From: Pristiophorus japonicus
Lineage: Eukaryota
Assembly: GCF_044704955.1 (NCBI RefSeq)
Contig: NC_091992.1
Coordinates: 53,196,001-53,260,000 of the forward strand
Length of the DNA: 64,000 bases
Direction of reading: 5' to 3'
The notes beneath the pieces were generated by a model, which searched no databases, was not told the DNA's origin, and saw nothing but the letters and a program-made list of their open reading frames with translations. Shown here in pieces: positions 49,656 to 63,106 of the stretch. The position numbers and the translations under genes are program-made. The first letter of the stretch is position 1. Each line of letters opens with the position of its first letter.

Positions 49656-50984
49656 TTAAGTTCCCGATTGCAGTTGTGGCACCTGAGAAGAGATGGCAAA
49701 TAGGGGTTATGGTGCATTTCCAGAGGAAGGCACCGTGCCACTTATGTGCCCTGCTCAAACGGAAATCGCATTTGGCTGGTACCCTGTAGTCTAATCACAC
49801 TATCACCTCAGTAAGGCAAGACTTTGACGGTCAAAGATAAAGCGATATCAAAAACCGCTGCAAGGGGCAGTACTGCAAGGCAATGGGGTGGTGCTGTTGC
49901 CTCCAGAGGTGGAAAGGGTCACACTGGGGAAGTAGTCCCAGTCCCACATGCAGCAGAGCCAGGTCAGAAGGTCACTGGCAACTTCGCATGCTGTTGATTT
50001 TTCTGACTACGGGCAGGCTGTACAGGCCTGCAGTTTGGTTTCTGCTTGTCGGGCTCTGCAGATCTTTCCAACTAGAGTTGAAAGTCACAAGCTGCAACAT
50101 GCTGTGCCCCACAATGTAAACGGGGAATCGCCAGTTGCTCCAGGTAGAAGTGGCTCTGTAATGACTCTGATGCTGCTGTATGGCTGTGTTAGAAACTGGG
50201 GTTAAAAATACTTGAGTCGCCTGCCACCACCCTTGGCAAATCTGGCAAGTATATTTTCGAGTTGCCATTAGCTGCACAGGTCCCGCACGCTATGGGGTAG
50301 CAGCAGCTCAGCAATATAAAAACAACAATGGGATCAGAAAATCCTCCCCAGAGCATTCCTGTGCCTAATGATGTGAAAGAGCTGCATTAATTGGTGTGCA
50401 GCTGAAACACCCTTGGGTTAATAATTATATTTTCACATACTCAGTAACCATCAAGCCTAGACTCCCAACGATAACATTTACTGGTGAAATAAACAAGACC
50501 GGCACAAATAACTCTTCTCTTGTGTTTATATATGTCGCTGTTACAAACAAATTCGAATGTTAAGCTTTGAACTTCTGTGTACCTCAGTGCTGGAGGCTAA
50601 CTGGTTCAGGGCTGTAACGCACTGTATTGGTGAGAATATCATTTGTATGTTCTTTACAAACAGCATGTAGTCTCCAGAAAAAGACTGATGTCAGCTTTTA
50701 ACAGTGACATGCCATTTTTAAATGTGTTCCTTTACTCGGTTCTGCACAGTATTATGCCCCAGGATGAACAGAAGACCTGCCAGTGTTGCTTGGTAACTTG
50801 TGAGGAGTCCACCTGTGAGAATGAATCAGTCCATTTGGGTTTCCCCCGCCTCCTCCTCAAGGCTCCATCTAGGTTGGGATTGATAATTGGAGAAACTGTG
50901 GACTTAGTGCAGTACTCTGCTGCAGTTTATGTTGATCTCTTTTTATTTAAACATCCGTAAGGAGGGAAGAAATGTCAAGGAGGA

Positions 50985-53035
50985 GAACATAAGAAATATC
51001 AATAGGCCATTCCGCCCCTCGAGCCTGCTCTGCCTTTCAGTAAGATCATAGCTGATATGATCTTGGCCTCAACTCCACTTCCCTTCCATAACCATTGACT
51101 CCCCTGTAGTTCAAAAATCTGTCTGTCTCTCAGCCTTGAATATATTCAATGACTCAGCCTCCACAGCTCTGGGGTAGAGAATTCCAAAGATTCACGACCC
51201 TCTGAGAGAAGAAATTTCTCCTCATCTCCGTCTTAAATGAGCGTCCCTTGATTCTGAAACTGTGCCCCTAGTTCTAGATTCCCCCACGAGGGGAAACATC
51301 CTCTCAGCATCTACCCTGTCAAGCCTTCTCAGAACCTTATATTTTTCAATAAGATCATCTCCCATTCTTTTAAACTCCAATGAATATAGGCTCAACCTTT
51401 CCTTATAAGGCAACCCCTTCATCTCAGGAATCAACCTAGTGAACCTTCTCTGAACTGCCTCCAATGCAAGTATATCCCTCCTTAAATAAGGAGACCGAAA
51501 CTGTACGCAGTACTCTAGGTGTGGTCTCGCCAACAATTGTATACTCCATCCTCCTTGCAATAAAGGCCAACATTCCATTTGCCTTCCTAAATACTTGCTG
51601 TACTTGCATGCTAACTTTTTGCTTCATGTATGAGGACACCCAGATCCCTCTGTACTGCAGCATTCTGAAGTCTTTCTCCATTTAAATAATATTGTGCTTT
51701 TCTATTCTTCCTACCAAAGTGGATAACCTCACGTTTTCCCACATTATACTCCACCTGCCAACTTTTTGCCCTCACATAACCTATCTATATCCCTTTGCAG
51801 ACGCTTTGTGTCCTCACAACTTGTTTTCCCACCTATCTTTGTATCATTAGCAAATTTGGCTACAGTACACTCAGTCCTTTCATCCAAGTCATTAATATAA
51901 ATTGTAAATAGTTGAGGCCCCAGCACTGATCTCTGTGATATCCCACTAGTTACAGTTTGCCAGCCTGAAAATGACCCATTTATCCTGACTCTCTGATTTC
52001 TGTTAGTTAGCCAATCCTCTATCCATGCTAATATACTACTCCCAATGCCGTGCGCTCTTATCTTGTGCAGTTACCTTTTATGTGGCACCTTATCGAATTC
52101 CTTTTGCAAATCCAAATACAGTACATCTACTGGTTCCCCTTTATCCCCTTTACCCCGCTCGTTACATCCTCAAAGAACTCTAATAAATTTGTCAAACACG
52201 ATTTCCCTTCCATAAAACCATGTCGACTCTGCTTGATTGTCTAAATCTCCTGCTACTACTCCCTTAACAATGGATTCTAGCATTTTCCCAATGACAGTAG
52301 GCTAGCTGGTCTATAGTTTCCTGCTTTCCATCTCCCTCCTTTCTTGAATAGGGGCATTACATTTGCGGCTTTCCAATCAGCTGGGACCTTTCCAGAATCT
52401 AGGGAATTTTGGAAGATTACAACCAATGCACCCACTATCTCTGCAGCCATTTCTTTTAAGATCCTAGGATGCAGGTCATCAGGTTCAGTGGACTTGTCAG
52501 CCTTTAGTCCCATTAGTTTGCATAGTACTTTTTCTCTAATGATAGTGATTGACTTCAGTTCCTCCCTTCCTTTTGCCCCTTGATTATCTACTATTATTGT
52601 CTTCTACCGTGAAGACAGATACAAAATATTTGTTTAAAGTCTCTGCCATTTCCTTGTTCCCCATTATTAATTCCCCAGTCTCATCCTCTAAGGGACCAAT
52701 GTTTACTTTAGCTACTCTCTTCCTTTTTATATACTTGCAGAAGTTCTTACTGTCTGCTTTTATATTTCTTGCTCGTTTACTCATAATTTATTTTCTCCCT
52801 CATTTTCTTTAAGTCATCCTTTGTTGGTTTCTAAAAAATTCCCAATCTTCTGGCCTACCACTAATCTTCGCAACACTGTATGCCTTCTCTTTCAATTTGA
52901 TACCATCCTTAACGGATGGTTCATTCTTCTCGTAGAGTCTTTATCACTGGAATATATCTTTGAGAGTTATGAAATATCTCCTTAAACGTCTGGCACTGCT
53001 TATCTACCATGTTAACTTTTAATCTATTTTCCTAC
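50985..53035 (-). mobile_element. CR1 LINE fragment, decayed
   Basis: Minus ORFs 52584-52784, 52277-52513, 51744-51926 and 51222-51578 carry CR1 RT motifs. Confidence 0.92.
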
Positions 53036-53065
53036 GAGAGCAAGTTTAAGCTGTAGTTAATATAG

Positions 53066-53352
53066 TCATCATCATAGGCAGTCCCTCGGAATTGAGGAAG
53101 ACTTGCTTCCACTCTTAACGTGAGTTCTTAGGTGGCTGTACAGTCCAATACAAGAACCACAGACTCTGTCACAGGTGGGACAGATAGTCGTCGAGGGAAG
53201 GGGTAGGTGGGACTGGTTTGCCGCACGCTCTTTCGCTGCCTGCGCTTGATTTCTGCATGCGCTCGGTGACGAGATGCTCAGCGCCCTCCCGGATGCACTT
53301 CCTCCACTTCGGGCGGTCTTTGGCCAGGGACTCCCAGGTGTCAGTCGGGATG
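53066..53352 (-). mobile_element. RTE-clade LINE 3' end
   Basis: The minus strand encodes TWESLAKDRPKWRKCIREG and CPTCDRVCGSCIGLYSHLRTH, followed by a short 3' UTR and (TGA)n tail. Confidence 0.85.
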
Positions 53353-54251
53353 TATTTGTCTGTTACAACACAAGCTAGCCACAGCAGGCTGCTTCTAGCT
53401 TTCCAAAGAGCTTAGACTGTCCCGACACCTGAAAGGATTGACAATGTCAACTGTCGAGCTGCTCCATCTTATTGGCTTATGCCAAGAGCAACTAGGAGCT
53501 GGGGGAGTGTGAGGCGCAGCTTAGGATGCAGTTTGCTCTACTTTAATGTCATTAGGAAAGCTTGTAATCTGCTCGTGACCAATGGCGCTTTACTTGTAAG
53601 AAGTTCCTGTAATATGATCAAAAAAGTAGGATGCATACACAGAAGCTTAAGTGTTAAAGGTGAGGTGGTCATCTGAGCACTGAAAGAGGCCAGGGTTTCT
53701 GGTGGCAGAAGGCAGGCGGCAGGATTTTGGGAAAGATGGGAGTGATAAATGATAACTTTCAGGATACTTGTCACCTTTATAACTACAATTTAAAAACTAC
53801 AATCCCACATTACATTGTACATTCATTGGCTGTAAAGCACTTTGAGACGTCCGGTGGTCATGAAAGGTGCTATATAAATGCAAGTCTTTCTTTTTTTTTA
53901 CAATTGACTCCAGATAAACACGTAGCCTATCACGTTTCTGATCTAGGCCGAGAATGCCAATGAACTCAAGAAAACTCATTTATTCAAACAGCCCAAAACT
54001 CTTCCAGTGCTTTCATTAGATGGAACTCTTAGTGCAAACATAAATTTTTGTCCAATTCGCCATTTTTTTAATGCTTTGCACACAATGCAGTCAAACCATT
54101 GCCAAATTTCACCTAGTGACAGTCTGATCATGTTTGTTCAGTGTTCTCTGAGTATTTACATTGAACGAATTGCAAGCTGATGATTTCAATTTGCTGGTCT
54201 GCCCGCATCTGTTAATGGGAGACAGTGGTTAACAGTTCAGGTGGAAACCTT

Positions 54252-54792
54252 GGGCTGGATTTTCGGCTTTGCTCATTTCGGGGCGGTAATGGCGGCAGGT
54301 TGGTAAAGTTTGTGTCCGGTAACAGTTTGCGCATCATGTAGCAAAATTGGGCAGTTGGGCCCTAAGTGTGGGGCAGAGCGCTAATGGAGGCATTACACAC
54401 CTCTCTTTAGGGCGCTAGGCCAGCTGAGCAAGCAAAAAGCTCTAATAGAGGCCCGGGGAGAAAAAGAAACCTGAAAAAACTCACCAAAAACATTCCCAAT
54501 AAATAACTCACGACACCACAACATAAATCTAAAAAAAAAATCACACTTACCTGAGGTCGACATTACTTCCCTCACTGCAGCCGTTACAGCTTGGTCTATC
54601 CGCTTTCACAGGCGGTCCCCAGTGACACAACCAGGGGCGTTGCACATCGGATCACCTCTTCCGGGCGCTAATGCTCCGTGCCCTACCGAAACTGGCACTG
54701 GAGGCTGGCTGCCAGCCTGGAAGAATTTACTGCCACCATTGCGTCCCCTCCGGGGCGAAAACAGAGACAGCAACAAGCTGAAAATCCAGCTT
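54252..54792. mobile_element. Harbinger-type MITE, same family as 24832-25337
   Basis: Ends GGGCTGGATTTTC and GAAAATCCAGC(tt), probable TSD CTT, and internal similarity to the 24832 copy. Confidence 0.85.
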
Positions 54793-55376
54793 CTTTCAGA
54801 ACTGGAAGGTGGAAGATTAGCAGCCCAGTTTCCCGACCTGAACATAAGGTTGTGAAGTGGTGAGGAAGTGCTGGACTGCACAACAATCACCTCCGTCAGG
54901 CAGTGGAAAGTAATTAGAAAGACAAAAGGAGAGGGAACAAATAGGAGGCAGATGGGAGAATGGGGAAAAAGAAGAAAGAGGGAAGGTGGCTGGGCTCTTA
55001 AGTCGTTGAAATCAGTGTTTGTACAAGAGAGCTGCAGGATGCCAAGGAGAAAGGTGAGGTTCCGGATGAGGTGAAAGAGCTGTGAGCTCAGCCAGGCTGA
55101 GGCGGTAACTAGGACCGATGTTGTCAGTGACTCTGCTGATCACCTGACCAGGAAAGTACCTTGGCTGAGCACAAAAGGTCATTTCAAAAGCCCCTGTACA
55201 CAAAAGATCATCAGAGAAAATATAGGAAACAGTGAGAAATAGGGAGAAAAGGAATGTAGTCTTTGTAGGAAGGAGGGTTGGAAAGAAACAATTTGAGTAG
55301 TTAGGGGGAATCTATGCATTTGTAATACAGTTTTGGTCTACTGTATTCAGGATATATTTGCCTTAGCGTAGGTACA

Positions 55377-55697
55377 AAGAAACATAGAAAATAGGTGCAG
55401 GAGTAGGCCATTCGTCCCTTCGAGCCTGCACCGCCATTCAATGAGTTCATGGCTGAACATGCAACTTCAGTACCACATTCCTGCTTTCTCGCCATACCCC
55501 TTGATCCCCCCTAGTAGTAAGGACTACATCTAACCCCTTTTTGAATATATTTAGTGAATTGGCCTCAACAACTTTCTGTGGTAGAGAATTCCACAGGTTC
55601 ACCACTCTCTGGGTGAAGAAGTTTCTCCTCATCTCGGTCCTAAATGGCTTACCCCTTATCCTTAGACTGTGACCCTGGTTCTGGACTTCCCCAACAT
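55377..55697 (-). mobile_element. CR1 3' end
   Basis: ORF 55447-55701 (RRNFFTQRVVNLWNSLP); near-identical to the reverse complement of about 17775-18097. Confidence 0.9.
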
Positions 55698-55721
55698 TCA
55701 TAAGAACATAAGAATTAGGAA

Positions 55722-56056
55722 CAGCGAGGGCCCAACAAATGACTCAACAATATCAGCTTTCACACTGAGACAATCAACCAGGGCAAGAACGGCCCCAGAT
55801 CGACTCACATTGTAAACAGTTACACTATTGACTTTAGGGGGGAATGTTGTTATGTATCTGGACTTGTATATACTCTGTACAGCCACCAGAGAGCTCATTC
55901 CCCAGACTCCCAAGGGATCTCATAATCCCGGGAGCACAGGTATTTAAGAGTGCTACACAGGCTGGAGAGGCACTCTGGAGACCTGCAATAAAAGACAACG
56001 GTCATATTTACTTTGAGCTCACAGTGTTCAGTCTGACTCTTTCTCCATACACAACA
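55722..56056 (+). mobile_element. Truncated Gypsy element: 3' internal end, PPT and LTR (LTR ~55848-56056)
   Basis: Homologous to about 32108-32454. Confidence 0.9.
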
Positions 56057-56129
56057 CTCATGTTCTCTAAAGATATTCTGGGAACTCATCAAATTGTTTG
56101 TTATTCTGGAAGAAGTTGGCATGGAGCTT

Positions 56130-58310
56130 TTGAATAGATTTGATCAACCTTTACTAGATTGATTCCTGGAATGAGAGGGCTGTTCTATGAGGAAAGATTA
56201 AGTAGAATGGGCCTGTACTCTCTGGAGTGTAGAAGAATGAGAGGTGATCTCATTGAAACATATAAAATTCTTAGAGAGCTTGATAGAGTAAACATAGAAA
56301 CATAGAAAATAGATGCAGGAGTAGGCCATTCGGCCCTTCGAGCCTGCACCACCATTCAATATGATCATGACTGATCATGCACTTGAGTACCCCATTCCTG
56401 CTTTCTCTGCATACCCCTTGATCCCTTTAGCCGTAAGGGCCACATCTAACTCCCTTTTCAATATATCTAACGAACTGGCCTCAACAACTTTCTGTGGTAG
56501 AAAATTCCACATGCTCACAACTCTCTGAGTGAAGAAGTTTCTCCTCATCTCAGTCCTAAATGGCTTATTCTTAAACTCCTGTGACCCCTGGTTCTGGACT
56601 TCCCCAACATCGGGAACATTCTTCCTGCATCCATCCTGTCCAGTCCCGTCAGAATTTTGTATGTTTCTATGAGATCCCCTCTCATTCTTCTAAATTCCAG
56701 TGAATATAAGCCCAGTTGATCCAGTCTTTCTTATATTAGTCGTGTCATCCCGGGCGTCAGTCTGGTGAACCTTCGCTGCACTCCCTCAATAGCAATGTCT
56801 TCCTCAGATTAGGAGACCAAACACAATATTCAAGGTGTGGCCTCACCAAGGCCCTGTACAACCGTAGTAAGGCCTCCCTGCTCCTATACTCAAAGCCTCT
56901 CACTATGAAGGCCAACATGCCATTTGCCTTCTTCACCGCCTGCTGTACCTGCATGCCAACTTTCATTGACTGATGAACCATGACACGCAAGTCTCGTTGC
57001 ACCTCCCCTTTTCCTAATCTGTCACCATTCAGATAATAATCTGCCTTCCTGTTTTTACCACCAAAGTGGATAACCTCACATTTATCTACATTATACCACA
57101 TCTGCCATGTATTTGCCCACGCACCTAACCTGTCCAAGTCACCCTGCAGCCTCTTAGCATCCTCCTCACAGCTCAGACTGCCACCCAGCTTAGTGTCATC
57201 TGCAAACTTGGGGATATTACATTCAATTCCTTCGTCTAAATCATTAATGTATATTGTAAATAGCTGGGGTCCCAGCACTGAACCTTGCGGTACCCCACTA
57301 GTCACTGCCTGTCATTCTGAAAAGGACCCATTTATTCCTACTCTTTGCTTCCCGTTTGCCAACCAGTTCTCTATCCATGTCAATACATTACCCCCAATAC
57401 CATGTGCTTTAATTTTGCATACTAATCACTTGTGTGGGACCTTGTCAAAAGCCTTTTGAAAGTCTAAATACATCACATCCACTGGCTCCCCCTTGTCCAC
57501 TCTACTAGTTACATCCTCAAAAAATTCTAGAAGATTTGTCAAGCATGATTTCCCTTTCATAAATCCATGGACCGATCCTGTCACTGCTTTTCAAATGCGC
57601 TGCTTTACATCTTTAATAATTGATTCCAACATTTTCCTGACCACCGATGTCAGGCTGACCGGTCTATAATTCCCTGTTTTCTCTCTCCCTCCTTTTTTAA
57701 AAAGTGGGGTTACATTAGCTACCCTCCAGTCCATAGGAACTGCTCCAGAGTCCATAGAATGTTGGAAAATGACCACCAATGCATCCACTATTTCTAGGGC
57801 CACGTCCTTAAGTACTCTGGGATGAAGACTATCAGGCCCTGGGGATTTATCGACCTTCAATCCCATCAACTTTCCTAATACAATTTTCTGACTAATAAGG
57901 ATTTCCTTTAGTTCTTCCTTCTTGCTAGACCCTCTCGCTTGATGCAGAGAGGCTGTTTCCCCCTGGCTGGAGAGTCTAGAACTCAGGGTCATAGACTCAG
58001 GATAAGGAGTTGGCCTTTTAGGACTGAGATGAGGAGAAATTTCTTCACTCGGAGGGTTGCATTGACGTCAGGAGTAGAGAATTCCCTCGGGTAGAGAATT
58101 CCTAAGATTCATATCCCTCCGAGTGGATGATCAGTTGTTGGGCATATTCATGACTGAGATAAGATAGATTTTTAGACACTAAGTGAATCAAGGAATATGG
58201 GGATAGGGCGGGAAAGTCAAATTGAGGTAGAAGATCAGCCATGATCTTATTGAATGGTGGAGTAGACTTGAGGGGATTATGGCCTACTTCTCGTCTTATT
58301 TCTTATGTTG
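56130..58310. mobile_element. Nested CR1s: a minus copy (~56290-57935) inside a plus-strand CR1 3' fragment
   Basis: Minus ORFs 57591-57992 and 56757-57305. The host reads CTTGATAGAGTA|GATGCAGAGAGG continuously across the insert. Confidence 0.88.
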
Positions 58311-58335
58311 TTATGTAATAGATGTTGTTGGATAT

Positions 58336-58544
58336 TGTTATGTCTTGAATAAAGAGTCAAACTAAATACTGCAAGCTCAAAGTAAGGTGTGACGTAGTCC
58401 TTTATTACAGATCTGAGTGCCTCTCCAGCCTGTGAGGCCTCCTTATATACAGGTGCTCTCAAGAGATTTTGGGATCCCTTGGGACTCCAGGGGATAAGCC
58501 CTCTGCTGGTTAGACATGGTATTTACAGGTTTACATACATAACA
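58336..58544 (-). mobile_element. Solo Gypsy LTR of a related subfamily
   Basis: TGTTATG...CATAACA ends; its reverse complement resembles the 27959 LTR; flanks GATAT and GATAG form a 5-bp TSD with one mismatch. Confidence 0.88.
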
Positions 58545-58569
58545 GATAGCCCATTGCTAGAGATGAAGA

Positions 58570-59018
58570 TAGAAAGAATTTCCATTTATACAGCACCTAA
58601 CATTGACCTCAGGTCACCCCAAAGTGCTTTGCAGCCAATGAAGCACTTTTGAATTATAACAACTACTGTAATGTAGGGAAACACGTAGATAAGTTAAACA
58701 CAGCAAGGTCCCACAAATAGCAATTTCATCATAATTTAAGTGTTTGTTTTTTAGTGATGTTGGTTTAAAGATAACTATTAGCCAGGACAGTGGGGAGAAC
58801 TCCCTATCTCTTTGCATTGTACTCTGGGATAATTTACATCCACCAGAGAGGGCAAATGGAGCCTTGGTTTAACGCCTCATCCAAAAGACAGTGCAGCACT
58901 GCCTCAATACTACACTGAAGCTTCAGCCTAGATTATGTGCTCCAGTCTGTGAGGTAAGACTAGAACCCATGACCTTCTGACTCCGAGCTAAGGGTGCTAC
59001 CACTGAGTCACGGCTGAC
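58570..59018 (-). mobile_element. Deu-domain SINE
   Basis: Reverse complement of the 34405-34828 family, including the head (GGTTCTAGTC..., CTCAGTGGTAGCAC). Confidence 0.7.
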
Positions 59019-59135
59019 TCTTTTTTGGCTGATGAAATTTATCAGACTTAGGACCAAATAGAAGGGAAAATAATATTATTTGCATGTTTCCTGAAACAAG
59101 AATGGATTACTTCACTTTCCTGTTGTGTTTTCCAG

Positions 59136-59204
59136 GCATCCGTACGTCTGACTCCCACTACCATGTTGTATTCAGGGAAAACCCCAGATGGAAGTCATGT
59201 CCTG
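59136..59204 (+). CDS. BCKDK: BCKDK coding exon 2: ASVRLTPTTMLYSGKTPDGSHVL
   Basis: Acceptor gttttccAG and donor CTG|GTAAGT; 69 nt, phase 0. Resembles human [23 protein letters not shown]. Confidence 0.95.
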
Positions 59205-60682
59205 GTAAGTTGCTTTGAATTTAGAGTCCAGTGGGGGTAGGGAAGGACCACGGTAAAACTGCAAATAGAAGCTGTTGTTCGTTGGCCCAACAACAACATC
59301 AGCAACTGCAACATGCATTTATACAGCACTTTTAATGTAGACAAATGTCTCAAAGCACATCACAGATGTATAATCAAAAGGATTGATCATTACGACACAG
59401 TATCAGCAGAGGAGTACAAAGTGGTCCCTCAACCAACTGCGAAGCTGTATTTTAATATAAATCTACAAGAAAATCTGCCCATTGAGACCTTCTTGATGGA
59501 AAACAAATTGCAAAGTTTAAGTATTGAATATTTAATTCCAAATCTTTGCCGTGTTCTCCACAATTGAAGGTGCAGTTCACCTCCCACGGGGTCACAGCAA
59601 TGAGCGGATGTGATCTCCATTTATTGACGTAATATGGCATCCACTGCTTGAGGACCATGATAGTAGTAATGCATCATCAGTAAAGAGCGCTACCTTAATG
59701 GCCCAGTGAGAAAGTAAATTGCCAATGTGGTACTGAGCCATAATAGATCACAAAGGGCCCTGCATTGTGCCAATTTAACTGATTTCAGCCAGCATTGTGA
59801 TTAGTGTTACAATTGGGTTCATAAGAATGTAAGAATTAGGAGCAGGAGAAGGCCATATGTCCCCTTGAGCCTGCTCCACTATTCAATAAGATCATGGCTA
59901 ATCTTCGACCTCAACTCCACTTTGCCGCCTCTAGTGCCCCTAGACTTGTGGTGGTGAGTGTGGTTTTGTGTTTCGTGTTTCTGAATCCAAGTCATTGATG
60001 TGAATTAGAAGCAACAGTGGTTCCAACACCAATTCCCTGGGGCATCTCACCTGGTACTTACCCCTACTCTGAAATTAGTCCTCTAACTAGTTCCCATTGC
60101 TTTCCACCTTTCAGCCAGTTTCTTATCCAATCCCAAGATTTTCCTTTAATCCCCACAGCTTTAAGCTTAAGTAATACCTTTCTAAATAATATGCCGTTTG
60201 AAAGTCGAGGTACATCACATTGCCGGGCTTTGCTCAGTCCTGAAAGAGGTGGATGAGGTTGTTCAGGCGGGTTCTTCCCCTTCTGAATCCACGTTGACTA
60301 CTGCCTACGAGGTACGAGAGAGTAGCCCTTTCAATATTGAGGTATTAGTTGTCACCTGAGTTATGCCAAACGTTGTTATATAATTTACTCAGAACTTTTT
60401 ATTTTCTTTACCAATTCAGGTCAAGAGTACATATCCAAGGACAGAAATAATGCAATCATGCAGGTTTAAAAATAAATGTTTCATAAGATTTGAGATATTT
60501 TCAGTAAGGCAGTGAAAGTGGCTGAAAACATACCCGTCAGCAATCAGTGAGATTTGTTGAATTTTGCCTCAAGCGGGCTGCCCATACAGTGATGTATTTT
60601 CTCTGTGTGTTTGTATAATGTGTAGTTGTGTGTGGTTAGAGTCTGATGGGTCAAGGTTAGTATATCTTTTTGATTGTTACAG

Positions 60683-60793
60683 AGGAATGCCAGGTACCTG
60701 TATAACGAATTGCCTGTACGCATCGCCCATCGGATTAAGGGGTTTCGGACCCTTCCTTTCATCATCGGTTGCAATCCCACAATTCTGCAGGTG
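60683..60793 (+). CDS. BCKDK: BCKDK coding exon 3: [37 protein letters not shown]
   Basis: Acceptor ttgttacAG and donor GTG|GTAAGT; 111 nt. Resembles human [37 protein letters not shown]. The gene continues beyond the window. Confidence 0.96.
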
Positions 60794-62429
60794 GTAAGTA
60801 CAATGAATGAATGAGTGAATCCATTTTATTGCCGTTGCTAAATTGAGAAACCGATGTTTAAAGTACAGTAAGGGAATTTATGAGAAATGATTTTCTGACC
60901 ATTTATGCACTGTTGTGGTTTTTACCATCAGGAAACTCTAGGGCTGTGTTAGAACATAAGAACATAAGAATTAGAAGCAGGAGAAGGCCATTTGGCCCCT
61001 CGAGCCTGCTCTGCCATTCAATATGATCATGGCTGATCTTCTACCTCAACTCCACTTTCCCTCCCGATCCCAATTCCCTTAATTTTCAAAAATCTATCGA
61101 TCTCGGTCTTGAATACACTCAATGACTGAGCATCCACATCCTGTCCTTCGAATAGTGCAGTGGGATCTTTAGCTTCCACCTGACCAGACAGGGCCTCGTT
61201 TGGACAGGTCAGGCCCAAGATGTCCTTTGCTCGATGGCTGTGCTGCGGCACTTCTACATCCCACAGCACAATTCAGGCCTAAACAGGGTTTGAACCGAGG
61301 GGTGTCCGGGAACTTCAAGCTTAAATCACACCTCGAAATGTATGCAGCTAGAACTCAAAACCTTGTAATAATTCACTTATGAATTTAAATGAATAGCTTA
61401 TACAAGGTCTGTGTGAAAAATAAACATTATATATAAATATTCAATATAGTTTGTACAGGAGAAATGTTAAATAAACAATCAATAAGAAATATAAACAGGC
61501 ATATAGAAGAGAGACAACCCGAGAGATACAGAGAAAGGGAGATAGAAAGAAAAGGAACTGGTCGACAGATACAGGAAGAGAGAGTCACCGAGTTCTTTTT
61601 GTTTAGCCTATGAGCAATGCACGGAGCTTGACTATTGCAGCTTTGATTGTACTAGAAGCTGCAATGGCCATTATTTGCTACTTGGTGGTGTTGATGAATT
61701 AATCAGTCAAGCAAAAGGAAAAATTGGCACTGCTGAGGTTGAGTCATCGTGTGTTTATAGAAAGCCAGTTAATTGCATTACTGGACATGAAGATCAAACT
61801 ACAGGGTGATCTCTCAGCTATACTCAGTAAAACCTCCTCCGAAGGAAATTACAAAACAACACAAGCAGCAGAGAGGAGTATAAGCATGCAAATTAGAGAA
61901 AAGGCCAGTGAGTTTCAAAAACAATGAACAATGAACCTTTAATATAATGTCACATGGCAATATTCTGATTACATAGAATATACAGCACAGAAACAAGGCG
62001 TTCAGCCCAACCAGTCCATGCCGGCGTTTATGCTCCACACGAACCTCCTCTCATTCTCCCTCATATGCTTATCTAGCCACCCCTTAAATGCATCTATACT
62101 GTTTGCCTCAGTAACACCCTATGGTAGTCAGTTCCACATTCTTGCCACTCTGGGCAAAAAAGGTTCTTCTGAATTCCTTATTTGATTTCTTGGTGACTCT
62201 CTTATATGGCTATAACTATTTGTAACACCAAAGTTCTGATTGGTCCCCTTGGAAGACAAGACACACCCAGCGGTTCGTCTGGAATGTGAATTAGATCCTG
62301 CCTGCCAGAGTAATCAAAATCTTTGCAATGTTTAATTTGATCCATTTATTGACAGCCAACTCCAGAGCTCACAGTGCTAACACTACGGCTCTCAGAGAAC
62401 AGATTGGGCTCACCCTCCCGGGTTAAGAG

Positions 62430-62800
62430 CACTCGCACTTTCTGACTTCCTCGCTGCCAAAACGACAGGCAAAAAATCAGATTAAAAAAAAAACCCATGG
62501 CAATTTGGGGGAAAAAATCTGAGACGTTCCTCTCTGACCCATCTAGGCGTTCGAAACTAATCCGAGATCACTCAGCCCTGAATTCCTTGCAGTACCCACT
62601 TTCTGTAAAGGGTAATGTCCGCCCCAGCCAGAAACAGGTCCAGCTCTCGCTTGAATGAATTCACCGAATTAGCATCCACCACACGAGCCGGCAGCCTGTT
62701 TGAGAAGTCCACTATTCTCGGGGAAATGAACCACCTCCTGACATCTAACCTAGATTTGACCTTATACAACTTAAATTTATGACCTTAGGTCCTCCCTAAC
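62430..62800 (-). mobile_element. CR1-like LINE 3' fragment
   Basis: ORF 62572-62769 (RRWFISPRIVDFSNRLP..NSFKRELD); the 3' UTR resembles 1100-1200. Confidence 0.7.
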
Positions 62801-63106
62801 GTATTTTAAAAACTGAATTCAAATTCTCAGGCTGCCTTGGTGAAATTTGAACTCGCATTCTCTGGATTATTAGTGTAGGCCTCTGGATTACTAGCCCAGT
62901 AACATCCACGACACCACAGTACCCATGTAGTAGCTAAAGTGTGACAGAATACACACAATACACGAGCGAGTCTTCCATAGGGAGGGTACTCTGCTGCAAG
63001 GAAGGGTTGCTGGAAGGGGGGAGGGCTGCACATTGCCACTGAGAGAATTTGGAAAGAAGTTTACGAGCGATGTGCGCAGAAACAGTGAAGTGAGTGTTTT
63101 TTGATT

